This document shows positions 62,673-64,000 of a stretch of DNA of 64,000 bases, piece after piece (position 1 is the stretch's first letter; each line of letters starts with the position of its first letter). Position numbers and translations under genes: made by a program. The notes beneath the pieces are model-generated. The model did no database searches, was not told the origin of the DNA, and saw nothing but the letters and a program-made list of their open reading frames with translations. This stretch comes from an uncultured Acidimicrobiales bacterium (lineage in GTDB: Bacteria; Actinomycetota; Acidimicrobiia; Acidimicrobiales; SHLQ01), in contig CAJQNJ010000006.1 in NCBI GenBank assembly GCA_905479685.1, forward strand, positions 20,111-84,110. Direction: 5' to 3'.

Positions 62673-62717
62673 GAGTGAGCGGGGCGTGGCCTGGACGGCC
62701 ACGCCCCGCATTCACTC
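62673..62717 (-). other. intercistronic GC-rich stem-loop between the binding-protein and permease genes
   Basis: GCGGGGCGTGGCC (62679-62691) pairs perfectly with GGCCACGCCCCGC (62697-62709) around a 5-nt loop. The stem is extended by GAGTGA/TCACTC. No U-tract follows. Confidence 0.65.
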
Positions 62718-62749
62718 TTGCCGAGTCAGTGATGAATCGGCAAGTTCAC

Positions 62750-63832
62750 TCAGCGAGTGCTCTGCTCCACGAGCGAGGCAACCGCCGAAACATTGTTGCT
62801 GTCGACGAAGCCCGGACCGGTGAGGATCGGGAGACCGCCGCCAGCGGTGTTCTTGTTGGTGGCCTCGAGGAACATCAGCACGATCGGCAGGTAACCCTGC
62901 AGATACTGTTGCTGGTCAACAGTGAACTGAATCGTCCCGGCATCGATGGCATCGATGATCTCGGGTGTGATGTCGAACGCCGCGATCGTGAGGTCACGAC
63001 CGAGAGCCTCCGACGCGCGCAGACCAGAGAGACCGATGACTGGGCCTGCGCCCATGAAGCCGTCGATATCAGGGTTTGCGGCCAGGGTGGCGTTGATGTT
63101 GGCCTCTTGGGCCGCAGCGTCTTGATCAAGGCCCATGAACTCGGAAAGCACGTCGCCCTCGAAGGTGTCAGCAAGGCCGTCGCAACGCTCTTCGAGCGCA
63201 ACGTTCGACTCTTCCTGACGACCACAGAGAATGCTGGTGGCGCCGAGATCATTGAAGCGCTTACCCGCGCCCTGTCCTGCGATGAACTCGGTCTGACCGA
63301 CGTGCGTGGTCGCACCGATGGACTCGTAGTCGTTCACACCAGAGTTCAGTGTGTACACGGGAATGCCGCCATCAGCGGCAGCCTTGAGACCCGGGATCAA
63401 CTGATCGGGACTTGGCAGCGACGATGCGATGCCATCAGATCCCTCAGAGATCGCCTGATCGATCAGCTGCGCCTGGACGTCTGGCATGTTGTTCGAGGCG
63501 AGCCAAACGAGGTTGACACCCATCGCCTCGGCCGCAGCCTCGGCTCCATTCTGCACAACCGTCCAGAACGGACCGTCGTCGGAGTGGGTGATCATGTGGA
63601 ACGTGAGGTCCCCACCTTGAGCGACATCGACCTCGTCGGTGCCTTCGTCGGTGCCTTCGTCAGTGCCTTCGTCGGTACCTTCGTCGGTACCTTCGTCGGT
63701 GCCTTCGTCGGTGCCTTCGTCGGTGCTTTCGTCGGTTCCGCCATCAGCGGTTCCTGTGTCGTCATCGCTACCGCACGCTGCGGCAACCATGACGATAGCT
63801 AGCAGCATGGCCAGCCAACGCATCTTCTTCAT
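62750..63832 (-). CDS. sugar ABC transporter substrate-binding lipoprotein (periplasmic binding protein type I)
   Basis: Lipobox VAAAC, an acidic (TDEG)n tether, then an RbsB-like fold (LTFHMITHSDDGPFW ..., IAAFDITPE ...). Confidence 0.85.
   Translation of the reverse strand: MKKMRWLAMLLAIVMVAAACGSDDDTGTADGGTDESTDEGTDEGTDEGTDEGTDEGTDEGTDEGTDEVDVAQGGDLTFHMITHSDDGPFWTVVQNGAEAAAEAMGVNLVWLASNNMPDVQAQLIDQAISEGSDGIASSLPSPDQLIPGLKAAADGGIPVYTLNSGVNDYESIGATTHVGQTEFIAGQGAGKRFNDLGATSILCGRQEESNVALEERCDGLADTFEGDVLSEFMGLDQDAAAQEANINATLAANPDIDGFMGAGPVIGLSGLRASEALGRDLTIAAFDITPEIIDAIDAGTIQFTVDQQQYLQGYLPIVLMFLEATNKNTAGGGLPILTGPGFVDSNNVSAVASLVEQSTR
63635..63730 (-). repeat. in-frame 12-nt tandem repeat (8 units) encoding (T-D-E-G)n
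   Basis: The unit gtcggtgccttc occurs 8 times, with synonymous or near-synonymous variants (gtcagtgccttc, gtcggtaccttc, gtcggtgctttc). Confidence 0.9.
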
Positions 63833-63910
63833 TGTGTTCCCCTCCTGAAATGGGATCTATTGCTTGTTGTTCCCGGAGCCTACGTGGTTGGCGCGCGGTA
63901 TGACCGTCGG

Positions 63911-64000
63911 TCATGCAGCGAGCCGAACCTCGAGTCCCCTGAGATAGTTGACACTCTTTTGCACGTCTTCGATTGGACCTTCGCCCACGCCGGGCTCTTC
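63911..64000 (-). CDS. 3' end of an unidentified gene entering from the right edge (partial)
   Basis: Open frame ...EPGVGEGPIEDVQKSVNYLRGLEVRLAA ending in a TGA at 63913-63911. Same strand as the iol cluster. Only 29 codons are visible. Confidence 0.3.
   Translation of the reverse strand, partial: EEPGVGEGPIEDVQKSVNYLRGLEVRLAA

Noticed and set aside
63635-63730. Tandem repeats here, and at 56997-57102, as a possible CRISPR array.
   Set aside because: The 12-nt units are contiguous, in-frame and coding, with no spacers. The 59-nt element has only two units and internal dyad symmetry of a different kind. No cas genes are in the window.

Overview
Gene-dense (about 60 CDS), high-GC chromosomal window of actinobacterial character. 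Hand-counted 60-nt samples gave 55-73% G+C, and long arginine/proline-rich mirror ORFs cover the antisense strand. I found no rRNA, tRNA, CRISPR array, transposase or integrase. Layout: (i) 0-24 kb holds mixed metabolic and accessory genes. These are an SNF2 helicase with a translationally coupled small protein, a nitrobindin-like protein, a dimethylglycine-oxidase-like flavoprotein, a lower-GC secreted CBM/beta-helix protein, a YceI-VOC pair, a PatZ-type lysine acetyltransferase tail-to-tail with an HDAC-type deacetylase, a CFA synthase, a coupled Ldh2/DUF3500/amidase/cyclic-amidohydrolase operon, and DinB. (ii) 25-44.4 kb is conserved core: coaA, holB-tmk, nhaA-topA, a STAS/RsbW pair, a DEAD/DUF1998 helicase, a membrane HD-GYP protein with a cadherin-like ectodomain, a tad pilus operon (cpaE/ssd-like, tadA, tadB, tadC, flp, tadE) and a HAD hydrolase. 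From memory, this order resembles the topA-helicase-tad-HAD neighbourhood of mycobacteria. (iii) 44.4-64 kb is one continuous minus-strand cyclitol (inositol) uptake and catabolism supercluster: an ABC transporter, iolC, two iolB, iolD, iolG, two further Gfo/Idh/MocA dehydrogenases, a 2-hydroxyacid dehydrogenase, two SDRs, a LacD-type aldolase and a PanB paralog. Four candidates look most likely to be undescribed biology. First, a fatty-acid-desaturase::Rieske fusion (a MocD-MocE-like oxygenase) embedded in a tightly coupled second iol branch, possibly an O-methyl-inositol demethylation route. Second, the DUF3500-containing four-gene amide/ureide-type operon. Third, the HD-GYP/cadherin-like membrane protein at the end of the tad operon. 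Fourth, the atypical transporter (a permease with about 300 extra residues, a single-NBD ATPase, and a binding protein with a (TDEG)n tether) together with a tandem-hairpin element inside the iol operon. All functional calls rest on motif and architecture recognition by eye; no database search was run.
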